NCBI GenBank assembly: GCA_963769935.1
Contig: CAVYNY010000022.1
Coordinates: 512,001 to 576,000, forward strand
Reading direction: 5' to 3'
DNA from: an uncultured delta proteobacterium
Lineage (GTDB): Bacteria; Desulfobacterota; Desulfobacteria; Desulfobacterales; JAFDCJ01
Length of the DNA stretch: 64,000 nt
The notes under the pieces were generated by a model. That model saw nothing but the letters and a program-made list of their open reading frames with translations, was not told the DNA's origin and searched no databases. The translations under genes and the position numbers were made by a program. This document shows positions 39,694-49,331 of this stretch, in pieces (the first letter of the stretch is position 1; every line of letters starts with the position of its first letter).

Positions 39694-39924
39694 TTACGCA
39701 TTTACAATCAGAGGGTAGTCGAACGAATCATCTATGGTCGAAAGATTCACTTTTCCGGAACGCTCCGCTTGGGCTTCAATTAACTTGCGTGCAACGTCCC
39801 TTGCGATTTCCAATGCCTCAGTTGCTGTCCGGCCCTGAGCCACCAGTCCCTGAATATCCCTGGAGGTCGCCAGATAAACACCATCCGGCAATTTCTTTAT
39901 ATGGATATTGATAATTTTTTCCAT
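39694..39924 (-). CDS. hicB: Short HicB-like antitoxin
   Basis: YLATSRDIQGLVAQGRTATEAL; 2 bp upstream of hicA. Confidence 0.8.
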   Translation of the reverse strand: MEKIINIHIKKLPDGVYLATSRDIQGLVAQGRTATEALEIARDVARKLIEAQAERSGKVNLSTIDDSFDYPLIVNA

Positions 39925-40025
39925 GATTTTTCGCCGTTGATATGGATTTTTTTCTATTGATAAAATTTAAATGTTTCTAATAACAGATATTCTAGAACAT
40001 CGCAATAATAACATATGTAATTGTC

Positions 40026-40364
40026 ATGAAAGGTGGAATGGGGAAAAAGCAACGTCAGGCTGCATTAAACTCTCTTGAATCTCTTCCAGATGATGCTGAA
40101 AAAGCGCTCCTCGCTACCGGCCGGTACTTAGGAGAAGGATTCGACGACGAAAGGCTTGATACCTTATTTTTGACTTTGCCGATTTCCTGGAGAGGTACTT
40201 TAAATCAATACGCCGGCCGTTTGCACAGAATCCATGAAAGCAAAAAAGAGGTAGTGATTTACGATTACGTGGATTCAAATGTACCGGTTCTGGCAAAAAT
40301 GTACGATCGGCGACTCAAAGGTTATCACTCCATCGGCTATGAAATCGAGGATGACCAATCCTGA
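40026..40364 (+). pseudogene. C-terminal fragment of SF2 helicase (TOTE-type primase-helicase family)
   Basis: LATGRYLGEGFD, QYAGRLHR, IYDYVD; no Walker A/B part. Confidence 0.75.
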
Positions 40365-40467
40365 GGAGTGGCTGTTATTCTATCCCAAACGGTGCGAACT
40401 TCGAGCCTAAAATCGCATATAAAAAACGGCTTCAGTAACATACTGAAACCGTTTCTCTTTTTTTGGT

Positions 40468-40554
40468 TGGTGCCGAAGGCCGGACTTGAACCGGCACGGC
40501 TTTTGGCCACTACCCCCTCAAGATAGCGTGTCTACCAAGTTCCACCACTTCGGC
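40468..40554 (-). tRNA. tRNA-Leu(GAG)
   Basis: 87 nt GCCGAAGTGGTGGAA..CTATCTTGAGGGGGTAG..GGTTCAAGTCC..CACCA, long variable arm. Confidence 0.96.
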
Positions 40555-40591
40555 ACGTTAGACCATATAGCTAAACAGAAAAAAGTTTCTC

Positions 40592-41005
40592 CTACTTCTG
40601 CGCCGGCTGGGATTCCTGCGCCGCTGGGATCTGCCGGGGGGACTGCTGTGCTGGCTGAGATTGCTGGGCCGGCTGTGAGCCGCTGCCTTTGGTTGCCGGC
40701 GGTGCGCTTGGCGCCTGCTGGACCGGACTCTCAATGGGGGCCGGGGTGTTGCCCACGACGGATGCCCCTCGGTTGTGATGCGTGGAGAGGTAAGCCAGCG
40801 CCAGTGAAGTGACCATAAATACAATGGCGGCCCCGGTGGTTGCTTTGCTCAGAAAGGTCGAGGCTCCGGTGCTGCCGAACAGGGTCTGGCTGCCACCGCC
40901 GCCGAAAGCCGCACCCATGTCCGCGCCTTTACCCGTCTGCAGCAAAACAATCAAAATCAGCGCGAAACAAACGACAATGTGAAGTATTATCAAAAAAATA
41001 GTCAT
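40592..41005 (-). CDS. secG: Preprotein translocase subunit SecG
   Basis: IVLLQTGKGADMGAAFGGG; tpiA-secG-tRNA-Leu synteny. Confidence 0.95.
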   Translation of the reverse strand: MTIFLIILHIVVCFALILIVLLQTGKGADMGAAFGGGGSQTLFGSTGASTFLSKATTGAAIVFMVTSLALAYLSTHHNRGASVVGNTPAPIESPVQQAPSAPPATKGSGSQPAQQSQPAQQSPRQIPAAQESQPAQK

Positions 41006-41144
41006 AATGTTAAAATTTTCCTGTCAGGACACGGATGAACACGAATCTGACGAATAGTAAAAGATGGTTTTTCCTATTGGAATAGTTTTCTATGTATATC
41101 TGTGAAAATCCGTGTCCGAAATAAATATTATCACGACATTATTT

Positions 41145-41903
41145 TTATTGAAAATGGACGATCCGGCTGAAGGAATCGGCATCCAGGCTGGCGCCGCCCA
41201 CCAGCGCGCCGTCGATGTCCGGCATTGCCATCAGTTCCGAAACATTGGCCGGTTTGACGCTGCCGCCGTAAAGAATTCTGACGGAGTCAGCCAGGGCCGC
41301 GCCAAAAATGTCATTAATCAACGTACGGATATATTTATGCGCTTCCTGAGCTTGATCGCTGGTGGCCGTCTTGCCGGTACCGATGGCCCAAACCGGTTCA
41401 TAGGCGATGACCAAAGATCCGAGATCTTCAATAACCCTTTCTTTTAACCCGCCTTTTACCTGTTTGTCAAGTACAGAAAATGTATTACCGGATTCGCGTT
41501 CGGATTCAGATTCTCCGATACAGAAAACCGGAATCAGGTCGGCGGCAATCGCGGCGCTGATTTTTTTGTTGACCGCATCGTCGGTCTCTCCGAAATACTG
41601 GCGCCTTTCGGAATGGCCGATAATTACGTAACGGCAGCCGGCCGCAACCAGCATCTCGGCCGATATTTCACCGGTATAGGCGCCTTCTTTTTCCCAGTAC
41701 AGATTCTGGGCTCCCAAGCCGACCCGGCTGCCCTTGAGCACTCTGGAAACCGGGTCCAGGGCGGTAAATACCGGTGCAATCATAACTTCCACATCAGCTG
41801 TGTCGGCGACCAGTTCGACCAGCCGGCCGGCGGTTTCCACGGCTGCGGAATTGGTTTTGTACATCTTCCAGTTGCCGGCAATCAGCGGGGTGCGCGTCTT
41901 CAT
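41145..41903 (-). CDS. tpiA: Triosephosphate isomerase
   Basis: AGNWKM, GHSERR, AYEPVWAIGTG, LVGGASL. Confidence 0.97.
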   Translation of the reverse strand: MKTRTPLIAGNWKMYKTNSAAVETAGRLVELVADTADVEVMIAPVFTALDPVSRVLKGSRVGLGAQNLYWEKEGAYTGEISAEMLVAAGCRYVIIGHSERRQYFGETDDAVNKKISAAIAADLIPVFCIGESESERESGNTFSVLDKQVKGGLKERVIEDLGSLVIAYEPVWAIGTGKTATSDQAQEAHKYIRTLINDIFGAALADSVRILYGGSVKPANVSELMAMPDIDGALVGGASLDADSFSRIVHFQ

Positions 41904-41959
41904 CGTTTTTTCTCCTTTTATGTCAGATGACTGAGGCCGGAATTCGCAGAAATTGCCCA

Positions 41960-42195
41960 CGGCTCACGGCGCAAGGCTAAAGGCGCACGGCATAAGGTTT
42001 AAAATTGCGAGCACAGCGCAAAGAGCATAGCGCATAGCGTTCAAAGACCAATTTTTCATATGAAATGAAAGGCTTTGCCCTATGCGCCAGGCCCTATGCC
42101 ATACTTGTCTATGAGCTGTCAGCTATGAGCTTTTAGTTTTTTCTGCCTTCTCAACTTCTGATCTTCTTATCTTCTGTCCCCTGTCGTCCGGCCTT
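41960..42195. repeat. Stacked degenerate 7-8-mer tandem repeats between gap and tpiA
   Basis: GGCGCAC/GGCGCAA, AGCGCAT, GCTATGA and CTTCT-type runs. Confidence 0.6.
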
Positions 42196-42200
42196 GCCGG

Positions 42201-43205
42201 CTACAGCTCCTTGCCGACCATCGCGGCCAGGTCGACCATGCGGTGGGAGTAGCCGGTTTCATTATCATACCAGGAGAGTACTTTCACCATGTTTTCGATG
42301 ACGTAGGTGGTCGGTGCATCCACGGTAGAAGACAGCGAGCAGCCGTTGAAATCAATCGAGACCAGCGGTGCATCGCTGTAGCCCAGGATGCCGGCCAGCG
42401 ACCCTTCGGAAGCCTGTTTTAAGGCTTCGTTTACGTCTGAGACGTTAATCCCTGCTTTATCAACGGTTGCGACCAGATCCACTATGGATACATTGGGCGT
42501 GGGGACCCGGATTGCAAGGCCGTTGAGTTTGCCGGATAATTCCGGCAGCACCAGCGCAACGGCTTTAGCGGCGCCGGTGGTTGTGGGAATCATGGAAAGC
42601 GCTGCCGCCCGGGCCCGGCGAAAATCCTTGTGAGGGAAATCCAGCAAACGCTGATCTCCGGTATAGGCATGGATGGTGGTCATCAGTCCGTGCTGCAGCC
42701 CGAAGTTTTCAAGCAGCACCTTGGCAACCGGCGCCAGGCAATTGGTGGTGCAGGATGCATTTGAGATGATATGATGCTGCCGGGGATCGTACTGGTTGGA
42801 ATTCACCCCCATGACGATTGTAATATCGGGATTGCCGGCCGGAGCCGAGATAATCACCTTGCGGGCCCCGGCCGCCAGATGTTTTGAAGCCCCTTCGCGA
42901 TCCCGGAAGATTCCGGTACATTCGGCGGCGATATCCACTCCGAGATTGCCCCAGCCGATGCTTTCCGGATCCTTCACGGAGCGAATGGCAATTGTTTTAT
43001 CACCGACCTGGATGCTGTCTCCCTTGGCTTTGACATCCAGATCCAGCTGACCGTGAACCGAATCATATTTTAAAAGATAGGCCATTGTCTCCGAATCGGT
43101 TAGATCATTGATTGCGACCACGTCCACGTCCGGGTGTTTCAAGGCGGCTCGCAGGACCATCCGGCCGATTCTGCCGAAACCATTTATTCCAAGTTTGATA
43201 CTCAT
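42201..43205 (-). CDS. gap: Glyceraldehyde-3-phosphate dehydrogenase
   Basis: GINGFGRIG, ASCTTNC, WYDNE. Confidence 0.97.
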   Translation of the reverse strand: MSIKLGINGFGRIGRMVLRAALKHPDVDVVAINDLTDSETMAYLLKYDSVHGQLDLDVKAKGDSIQVGDKTIAIRSVKDPESIGWGNLGVDIAAECTGIFRDREGASKHLAAGARKVIISAPAGNPDITIVMGVNSNQYDPRQHHIISNASCTTNCLAPVAKVLLENFGLQHGLMTTIHAYTGDQRLLDFPHKDFRRARAAALSMIPTTTGAAKAVALVLPELSGKLNGLAIRVPTPNVSIVDLVATVDKAGINVSDVNEALKQASEGSLAGILGYSDAPLVSIDFNGCSLSSTVDAPTTYVIENMVKVLSWYDNETGYSHRMVDLAAMVGKEL

Positions 43206-43675
43206 ATTTCCTCCTTCAGATTTTTCATCATCACAAGCGCGTCTTCTTTCGAATCCGCGTAATAATTATGTCGACGTCCAATCACGTCGAAACCTAGTTT
43301 TTGATAAAGTCCAACCGCCGGCGTGTTTGAAGGGCGTACCTCGAGATATGCCGAGGTTGCTCCGCGCCCGGCCCCCATTTTCAGACAGCGTTCAGCGAGC
43401 CGGGTGGCGATCCCCTCTCTGCGCCAGGCGGGGGCGACGGCGATTTTTAAAATGTGCAGTTCGTCTGCTGCCAGCCGCAAAAAGGCATAGGCCATCACCT
43501 GTTCGCCGACGTCGTTTTCAGATGATTTGACAATAAGGTTGCAGGCATTGCGGCAGGTCAGTTCGCCTTCAAATGAAAGGCGGCCCCAGGGCCTTCTAAA
43601 CGAACGCTGTTCAATTGCCAGTATCGGTGCAAGTTCATCGGCGCGGCTGATGGTGTCAAGCAGCCAGCTGTTCAC
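43202..43675 (-). CDS. rimI: Ribosomal protein S18 alanine N-acetyltransferase
   Basis: GNAT motifs RREGIA, LEVRPSN, LYQKLGF, YY..EDA. Confidence 0.88.
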   Translation of the reverse strand: MNSWLLDTISRADELAPILAIEQRSFRRPWGRLSFEGELTCRNACNLIVKSSENDVGEQVMAYAFLRLAADELHILKIAVAPAWRREGIATRLAERCLKMGAGRGATSAYLEVRPSNTPAVGLYQKLGFDVIGRRHNYYADSKEDALVMMKNLKEEI

Positions 43676-43677
43676 GG

Positions 43678-44094
43678 CTAGCTCCGTTTGTTGCCTTTTA
43701 AAATTCCGCTGGCCAGCGATATACTCTTTTTACCGAAAACTTCCAGATCCGCCGCCAGTTGGCCGAGTTCGATATTTTTTTCCCGCAGGTTCACCGCCTG
43801 AATGAGAATTGGAAGGTTTACACCGGATAAGACCTCGATGCGGCCTTCCTCCAGAAATGAATAGCTCAAGTTGGAGGGTGTTCCCCCGAACATGTCCGTT
43901 AAAATAAGAGCACCTGCTTGCCCTTGCACCTCTTTTAAGCCCTGGGCAATTTTGGCGCGCAATTTCTCTGCGTTTTCACTCAAGTCAATTGAAATCGATT
44001 CGATGGCCGCCGGCCGCCGGCCGATAATAAATTCAGCCGCTCCGATCAGGGCCTCGCCAAGTTGGCCATGTGTGACAATAACAATACCAAACAT
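43678..44094 (-). CDS. PTS IIA component, mannose/fructose type
   Basis: IVTHG, LTDMFGGTPSN, GVNLP. Confidence 0.9.
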   Translation of the reverse strand: MFGIVIVTHGQLGEALIGAAEFIIGRRPAAIESISIDLSENAEKLRAKIAQGLKEVQGQAGALILTDMFGGTPSNLSYSFLEEGRIEVLSGVNLPILIQAVNLREKNIELGQLAADLEVFGKKSISLASGILKGNKRS

Positions 44095-44359
44095 AAATCA
44101 CCCTGCTAACAATATTTTGGTGGTTGCGGCCCCATTGTCCGCCGGCCGCTTTGCATGCCGTCCAAGGATCAAGACCGACCGGCCGGGTCACCGTTCCGGA
44201 TAGGATTTCGGAAAGTCCATCTATCCTGAACGGCCAACCCGAAGCTGCCCCACATTCGTCAAATGCATCTTCATGGCCACCGGATCAAAATCGGATCCTT
44301 TGCGGTTGACTCCCGGTCGGTTCTTCCTCTTCTGGTTATTACCGGATTGGGTAACTATT

Positions 44360-45241
44360 TCAATCCTGGGAAGGCTGGGTGCGGTCGCGGTCGCGGTGAT
44401 TGAGTTCCACTGTTTTCCCCATGGCGCTGATATGCTCGTAAATAGCCCTGGCAATCGTTACCGAACGATGCCGGCCTCCGGTGCATCCAAGTGCAATGGT
44501 CAAATAGGCCTTTCCCTCTTTTTCGTACAATGGAATTAAATAGTCAAGAAGATCCAGATATTTACCAAGAAAGACGCGGGTGTCCTCCTGGCCTAAAACG
44601 AAATCCTTTATTTCCTGTGTTTCGCCGTCAAGATCCTTTAATTCCGGATTAAAATAAGGATTCACCATAAAACGCACATCCATGATCAAGTCGGCATCGT
44701 AAGGTATCCCGTACTTGAAGCCGAACGATAGAACATTGATGCGCATCGGCACATTTTTTTTGCTTTTCTGAGCGACGTCCAGAATTTTGGATTTGAGCTG
44801 GTGGACATTAAATTTGGAGGTATTGATCACCAGATCCGCCACCGACCTCAAATCTTCCAGCTGTTTTTTTTCCTCTCGAATGCCGACCAGCAGACTTTTG
44901 CCGGTTGACAGCGGATGCTGTCGGCGTGTTTCGCTGTATCGCTGAATCAGGATTTCTTCATCGGCCTCTAGAAACAGAATTTCGAAATAGTAGTCTTTTT
45001 GCTTGAGCTCACTGAAGACGGCGTTGTATTTGGTTAGAAAGCCTCTTTCGCGCAAATCCATTACCAGCGCTACGCCGGCTATTTCAGAATCGCGCTCTAT
45101 CGGCATTTCCAGAAACTTGGGCAGCAGATCCACCGGCATATTGTCGACGCAGTAAAAGCCGGCATCCTCCAAGGCGGCCATCGCCGTGCTCTTTCCCGAT
45201 CCCGAAAGGCCCGTGATTATGAATATGACCTTGTTTTTCAC
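44360..45241 (-). CDS. rapZ: RNase adapter RapZ
   Basis: GLSGSGKS, SFGFKYG, GCTGGRHRSV. Confidence 0.95.
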   Translation of the reverse strand: MKNKVIFIITGLSGSGKSTAMAALEDAGFYCVDNMPVDLLPKFLEMPIERDSEIAGVALVMDLRERGFLTKYNAVFSELKQKDYYFEILFLEADEEILIQRYSETRRQHPLSTGKSLLVGIREEKKQLEDLRSVADLVINTSKFNVHQLKSKILDVAQKSKKNVPMRINVLSFGFKYGIPYDADLIMDVRFMVNPYFNPELKDLDGETQEIKDFVLGQEDTRVFLGKYLDLLDYLIPLYEKEGKAYLTIALGCTGGRHRSVTIARAIYEHISAMGKTVELNHRDRDRTQPSQD

Positions 45242-45260
45242 TTTACATCATATAATCCCG

Positions 45261-45719
45261 CTAAAACTCTTCATCCTCCTCTTTGATGATGCCGAATATT
45301 TCGTCCCCATCCGAGGCATTCAGCAGCCTCTCTTTGAAAGGCTCGTTTTTTAGGATTCTCGATATCCGCGCCAGCAGCTTCAGGTGCAGACCGGTAGAGT
45401 TTTCAGGTGTGACCAGCAGAAAAAAGATATGGGTCGGTTTGCCGTCCAGTGATTCGAAATCTACACCCTTGCGGCTCAGGCCAAATCCTAATACCAGCGA
45501 TTCAAGATTTTTCATTTTGCCGTGCGGAATTCCGATCCCGCCGCCGATGCCGGTGCTGCCAAGCCGTTCTCTTTCCAGCAGGACCTTGACCAGATCCTCC
45601 TGATTGACCTTGGCAATTGCAGCCACCGGTGCCACAAGTTCTTCAAGAATGCCCTTTTTATTTTGGGCCTTCAGATCACCCAGAATCGCTTCCTTATGTA
45701 ACACATCGCAAATTTTCAT
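45261..45719 (-). CDS. ptsN: PTS IIA nitrogen-regulatory protein
   Basis: RERLGSTGIGGGIGIPH; in rpoN cluster. Confidence 0.9.
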   Translation of the reverse strand: MKICDVLHKEAILGDLKAQNKKGILEELVAPVAAIAKVNQEDLVKVLLERERLGSTGIGGGIGIPHGKMKNLESLVLGFGLSRKGVDFESLDGKPTHIFFLLVTPENSTGLHLKLLARISRILKNEPFKERLLNASDGDEIFGIIKEEDEEF

Positions 45720-45808
45720 GTCATCCTAACCATGCAATAATCCGGCTCGACCAAAAGGCGGGCGAACCGGATAATTTAAGATACCCTTCATGAGAGGGTA
45801 GAAAATAA

Positions 45809-46342
45809 TCATGAACTGGGCTGAATCAAGCCAAAGTGACCGTCGCGGCGTCGATATAACACATTTATCTGATCGGATTTAGCGTTGGTGAACACCAGAA
45901 AATTATCTTCGATCAAATCCATCTGCAAAACGGCCTCATCGATATCCATCGGTTTGTATTCGATGTTCATAACTTTTATTTGTCTTTCCGTGTCGTCTTC
46001 CGGCAGAATTCTTTCATCCTCAAGCATGGAGCGACTGCGATTTTTGGAAGAAGTTCTGCGTTCCCTTATTTTCTGCTTGTTTTTTTTGATTTGTTTTTCA
46101 AGTTTGTCAAGGACCATGTCAATGGCCGAATACATGTCGTTGGTTTCTTCTTTCCCGTTGATGCTAAGCCTATCGCCGGCTATGTTTATTTCGGCCGTGT
46201 GCCTGAATTTTTCAACCGTAAGCACCACATTGGCCTCAGCCGGATTATCAAGATATTTGTCTAAGCGTTCCAATTTATCAGCAACATAAGATTTCAAATG
46301 ATCAGAAGAATCAAGATTCTTGAATGTTACGGATGTCTGCAT
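45809..46342 (-). CDS. hpf: Ribosome hibernation promoting factor (long form)
   Basis: DMYSAID, KPMDIDEA, VLYRRRDGHFGLI. Confidence 0.93.
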   Translation of the reverse strand: MQTSVTFKNLDSSDHLKSYVADKLERLDKYLDNPAEANVVLTVEKFRHTAEINIAGDRLSINGKEETNDMYSAIDMVLDKLEKQIKKNKQKIRERRTSSKNRSRSMLEDERILPEDDTERQIKVMNIEYKPMDIDEAVLQMDLIEDNFLVFTNAKSDQINVLYRRRDGHFGLIQPSS

Positions 46343-46356
46343 GCTTTTAGACCTCC

Positions 46357-47790
46357 CTATATTTGTTTGCGTTTATTGGATGGTAATACTCTTAACATCT
46401 CCCGATATTTGGCAACAGTCCTGCGGGCAATATGGATTTCATCCTTTTTAAGAAGCTGGGCGATTTTATCATCGCTGTATGGTTTTTTGGGATCTTCGCT
46501 TAAGATGATTTGTCTGATTTTATCCTGAACACTGGCCGAAGCGATGGTTCCGCCGTGAGCCCGCCGGATGGAGCTGTTGAAAAAATATTTCAGCTCAAAA
46601 ATCCCCTGGGGAGTAAATGAATATTTATTGGTTGTCACCCGGCTGATGGTGGATTCGTGCATCCCGATATCTTGGGCAACGTCTCTGAGCACCATCGGCC
46701 TCAGATAAGCAATTCCCTTATCGAAAAAGTCCCGCTGGAAACTCAGAATGCTCTCCATTACCCGGTAAATGGTTTTTTGACGTTGATGAATACTTTTAAT
46801 CAGCCAGGCGGCCGACCTCATTTTATCCTGGATGTAGTCTTCAGCATCACCGGAAATCTTTTTGCCGCGACTGATGGAATTTTTGTAAAAAGAGTTCACC
46901 CGCAGTTTCGGCATGCCGTCGTCATTGAGCAGGATGACGAAATCGTTTTCGAGTTTATATACGTATATGTCCGGATTTATGTATTGCGGGGTATCATCGC
47001 TAAACTCCCGGCCGGGCTTGGGTTCCAGGTTTTTGATTACATTGATCGCGGAAACCACCTCATCCATGCTCTTTTTCAAAGCCTTGCAAATAGCCTTGTA
47101 ATTTTTCTTCTCCAGATGCTGAAGATGGTCGCTGATGATGTCGGTGATGATGGAATTTTCAAACCCCAGATATTTGGCCTGAATCAGAAGGCATTCACGC
47201 AGATCCCTGGCACAAACGCCGATGGGATCAAAAGTCTGCATAAGGACTAATATCTGCTCGACCTTTTCAACCGGTGATCCACTCACTTCGGAGAGTTCTT
47301 CAGGCGTTACGTCCAGATAACCATCTTTATTCAAATTGCCGACGATGAGACTGGCGATGCGCTCTTCTTCCATGGTCGGCTTGGTCATGATAAACTGCCA
47401 GAGCAGGTGGTCGTTGAGGGATTCTTTGCGGGCGATAAAGGACTCAAACCGGGGGCTGTCCTTGTCCTCGGCTTCGAAGTGAACCCGACCGGGAGTATTA
47501 TATTCATCCAGGTAATTGCTCCAATCAATATCCTGTTGGAGCTTTTCTTCAATGGTAACTTCTTTGGCGGCGGGAGCTTCGGTGGAAACATTCTCCGTTT
47601 GTTCTACCAGATGATCGGCAGCGGCGCTTTCCGGAATTTCCTCCAGAGCCGGATTTTCTTCCAACTCCGTGCGAATTGTTTCCATCAGCTCCAGCCTGGA
47701 CAACTGCAGCAGCTTGATCGCCATTTGAAGCTGCGGTGTCATGATAAGCTGCTGGGTTAATTTGAGTTGTTGTCTCAGTTCAAGTGCCAT
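46357..47790 (-). CDS. rpoN: RNA polymerase sigma-54
   Basis: QQLIMTPQLQMAI, HESTISR, RpoN box ARRTVAKYRE. Confidence 0.98.
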   Translation of the reverse strand: MALELRQQLKLTQQLIMTPQLQMAIKLLQLSRLELMETIRTELEENPALEEIPESAAADHLVEQTENVSTEAPAAKEVTIEEKLQQDIDWSNYLDEYNTPGRVHFEAEDKDSPRFESFIARKESLNDHLLWQFIMTKPTMEEERIASLIVGNLNKDGYLDVTPEELSEVSGSPVEKVEQILVLMQTFDPIGVCARDLRECLLIQAKYLGFENSIITDIISDHLQHLEKKNYKAICKALKKSMDEVVSAINVIKNLEPKPGREFSDDTPQYINPDIYVYKLENDFVILLNDDGMPKLRVNSFYKNSISRGKKISGDAEDYIQDKMRSAAWLIKSIHQRQKTIYRVMESILSFQRDFFDKGIAYLRPMVLRDVAQDIGMHESTISRVTTNKYSFTPQGIFELKYFFNSSIRRAHGGTIASASVQDKIRQIILSEDPKKPYSDDKIAQLLKKDEIHIARRTVAKYREMLRVLPSNKRKQI

Positions 47791-48034
47791 TTTAGCTGCT
47801 GCTGTCGTTTTGTCTTTGAATTTTTAGGATAATCAGTCTTATTTGTGCCGTCAATAATATCCGTTTGCCGGTCCGGGCGACGTGGCCATCGAAATACGTA
47901 ATTTTTTTTATTTTAGATGAATTGACTTAAAATTGCAACCATTTCAAAATTGGAGTCTGATGTCCGATACGAATTTTGATTTTTTTTCCGGCGCAATTCC
48001 TCTGTCCAACCTAACACGATTATAGGTATTGCTG

Positions 48035-48631
48035 TCAATGTTTATCCGCCCCGCCAAGCGACATAAAATTGCGCGAAATCAAGGTGGAAACATTTCCGTT
48101 CAAAGCGATCTGGTTGTTCTTTAAATCATATTTCAAGGAGTTCGCAAAGATCTCGGCATCCGCACCCGATATGTGCACCGGAAGGTCGCTGAAGATCAAA
48201 CGCTCGTTGTGTCTGTAATTCAAGCGTTCCGTCTTCATCCGGTAATTTTCATTCCTTATCACAACATTGCCTGAAAATTCAATGTCATTTGTCGCGGTGT
48301 TTAATATCGCCTGGTCGGCATCGAGGTAAACTTCACGATTATCTTCCAGATAATAGGTTATAAAAACTTTTTTTAAAACCGCCTTTTTTTCGTTTTCGAT
48401 ATAATCCGCCGACCCGGCTTCCAGACTCCATTCTTTTCTGCCATCCCGGTTAGCCGTTTGCCGGATTTTGCCCAGAGACAGGTCGGATCCGTTTTTGATG
48501 GAGGATAGCAGCATTTCAGGCGCGCTGGACACCTGGCGGTAACCAATAAAGATCGCCACAATCGTACCGATAACAATCAGTATGACGACCAGTAAAAAAA
48601 TGCTTAATTTTTTGATTCTTAATCGAGGCAA
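48035..48631 (-). CDS. lptC: LPS export protein LptC
   Basis: N-terminal TM plus beta-jellyroll pattern; follows kdsC. Confidence 0.8.
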   Translation of the reverse strand: MPRLRIKKLSIFLLVVILIVIGTIVAIFIGYRQVSSAPEMLLSSIKNGSDLSLGKIRQTANRDGRKEWSLEAGSADYIENEKKAVLKKVFITYYLEDNREVYLDADQAILNTATNDIEFSGNVVIRNENYRMKTERLNYRHNERLIFSDLPVHISGADAEIFANSLKYDLKNNQIALNGNVSTLISRNFMSLGGADKH

Positions 48632-48682
48632 AACAATATTTAAAGTTCAGGTTTCAGTGTCCAGGTCTTTTGTTTAACAGGG

Positions 48683-48780
48683 ACGATCACAACGATCACA
48701 ACCATCTAAACCATCTAAACCATCTCAACGATCCTAACAGATCCTAACGATCAAAACCTTCTTAACGACCTCAATCATCT
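48683..48780. repeat. 9-mer tandem array (ACGATCACA/ACCATCTAA)
   Basis: About 10 degenerate units directly downstream of the kdsC stop. Confidence 0.75.
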
Positions 48781-49313
48781 CAACAATCGCCTGCAACATC
48801 AACAATTATCTTTTCCCAACTCCCCCGGGCTTTCAACAGCGCTTCACATACCTCTCTGACTGCGCCGCAGCCCCCCGGCGCCGATGTGATCCAATCCGCA
48901 TATTTTTTAACAAGTTCGTGGGCGTCGGCGACGGCAATGGACAATCCGATCCGCCCCATCAGGCCAAGATCGGGTATATCATCCGCAACGTAAGCCGTCT
49001 GGTCGGCGTCCACTCCCGTCTGGGCAACGATCCTTTCAAGCAGTTGGCCCTTTTGCCGAACCCCCTCATACAAATACGCAATTTCAAGATCCCGGCAGCG
49101 GTGATGCAGGGCATCTGATTTTCTTCCGGTCACAATGCCGACCTTGATTCCAGCCGCCATGACCAGCTTTATGCCAAGGCCGTCTCTGACATTGAATTCT
49201 TTGACCTGGCTGCCCGCATCACTGTAAATGATCCTGCCGTCGGTGAGAACACCGTCCACATCCAGCAGAAGCAGTTGGATATTCTTTAACTTTTCAGGCC
49301 CTTTAAGTTGCAT
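48780..49313 (-). CDS. kdsC: KDO 8-phosphate phosphatase
   Basis: DVDGVLTDG, FNVRDG, GAVRE. Confidence 0.93.
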   Translation of the reverse strand: MQLKGPEKLKNIQLLLLDVDGVLTDGRIIYSDAGSQVKEFNVRDGLGIKLVMAAGIKVGIVTGRKSDALHHRCRDLEIAYLYEGVRQKGQLLERIVAQTGVDADQTAYVADDIPDLGLMGRIGLSIAVADAHELVKKYADWITSAPGGCGAVREVCEALLKARGSWEKIIVDVAGDC

Positions 49314-49331
49314 GCTGTTTGACTTTATCTA

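Noticed and set aside
38617..40554. Prophage or active integrative element
   Set aside because: No integrase, structural or conjugation genes in the window
44100..44360. RNase P RNA, suggested by GGAAAGTCC
   Set aside because: Other conserved RNase P segments are absent and the gap is short
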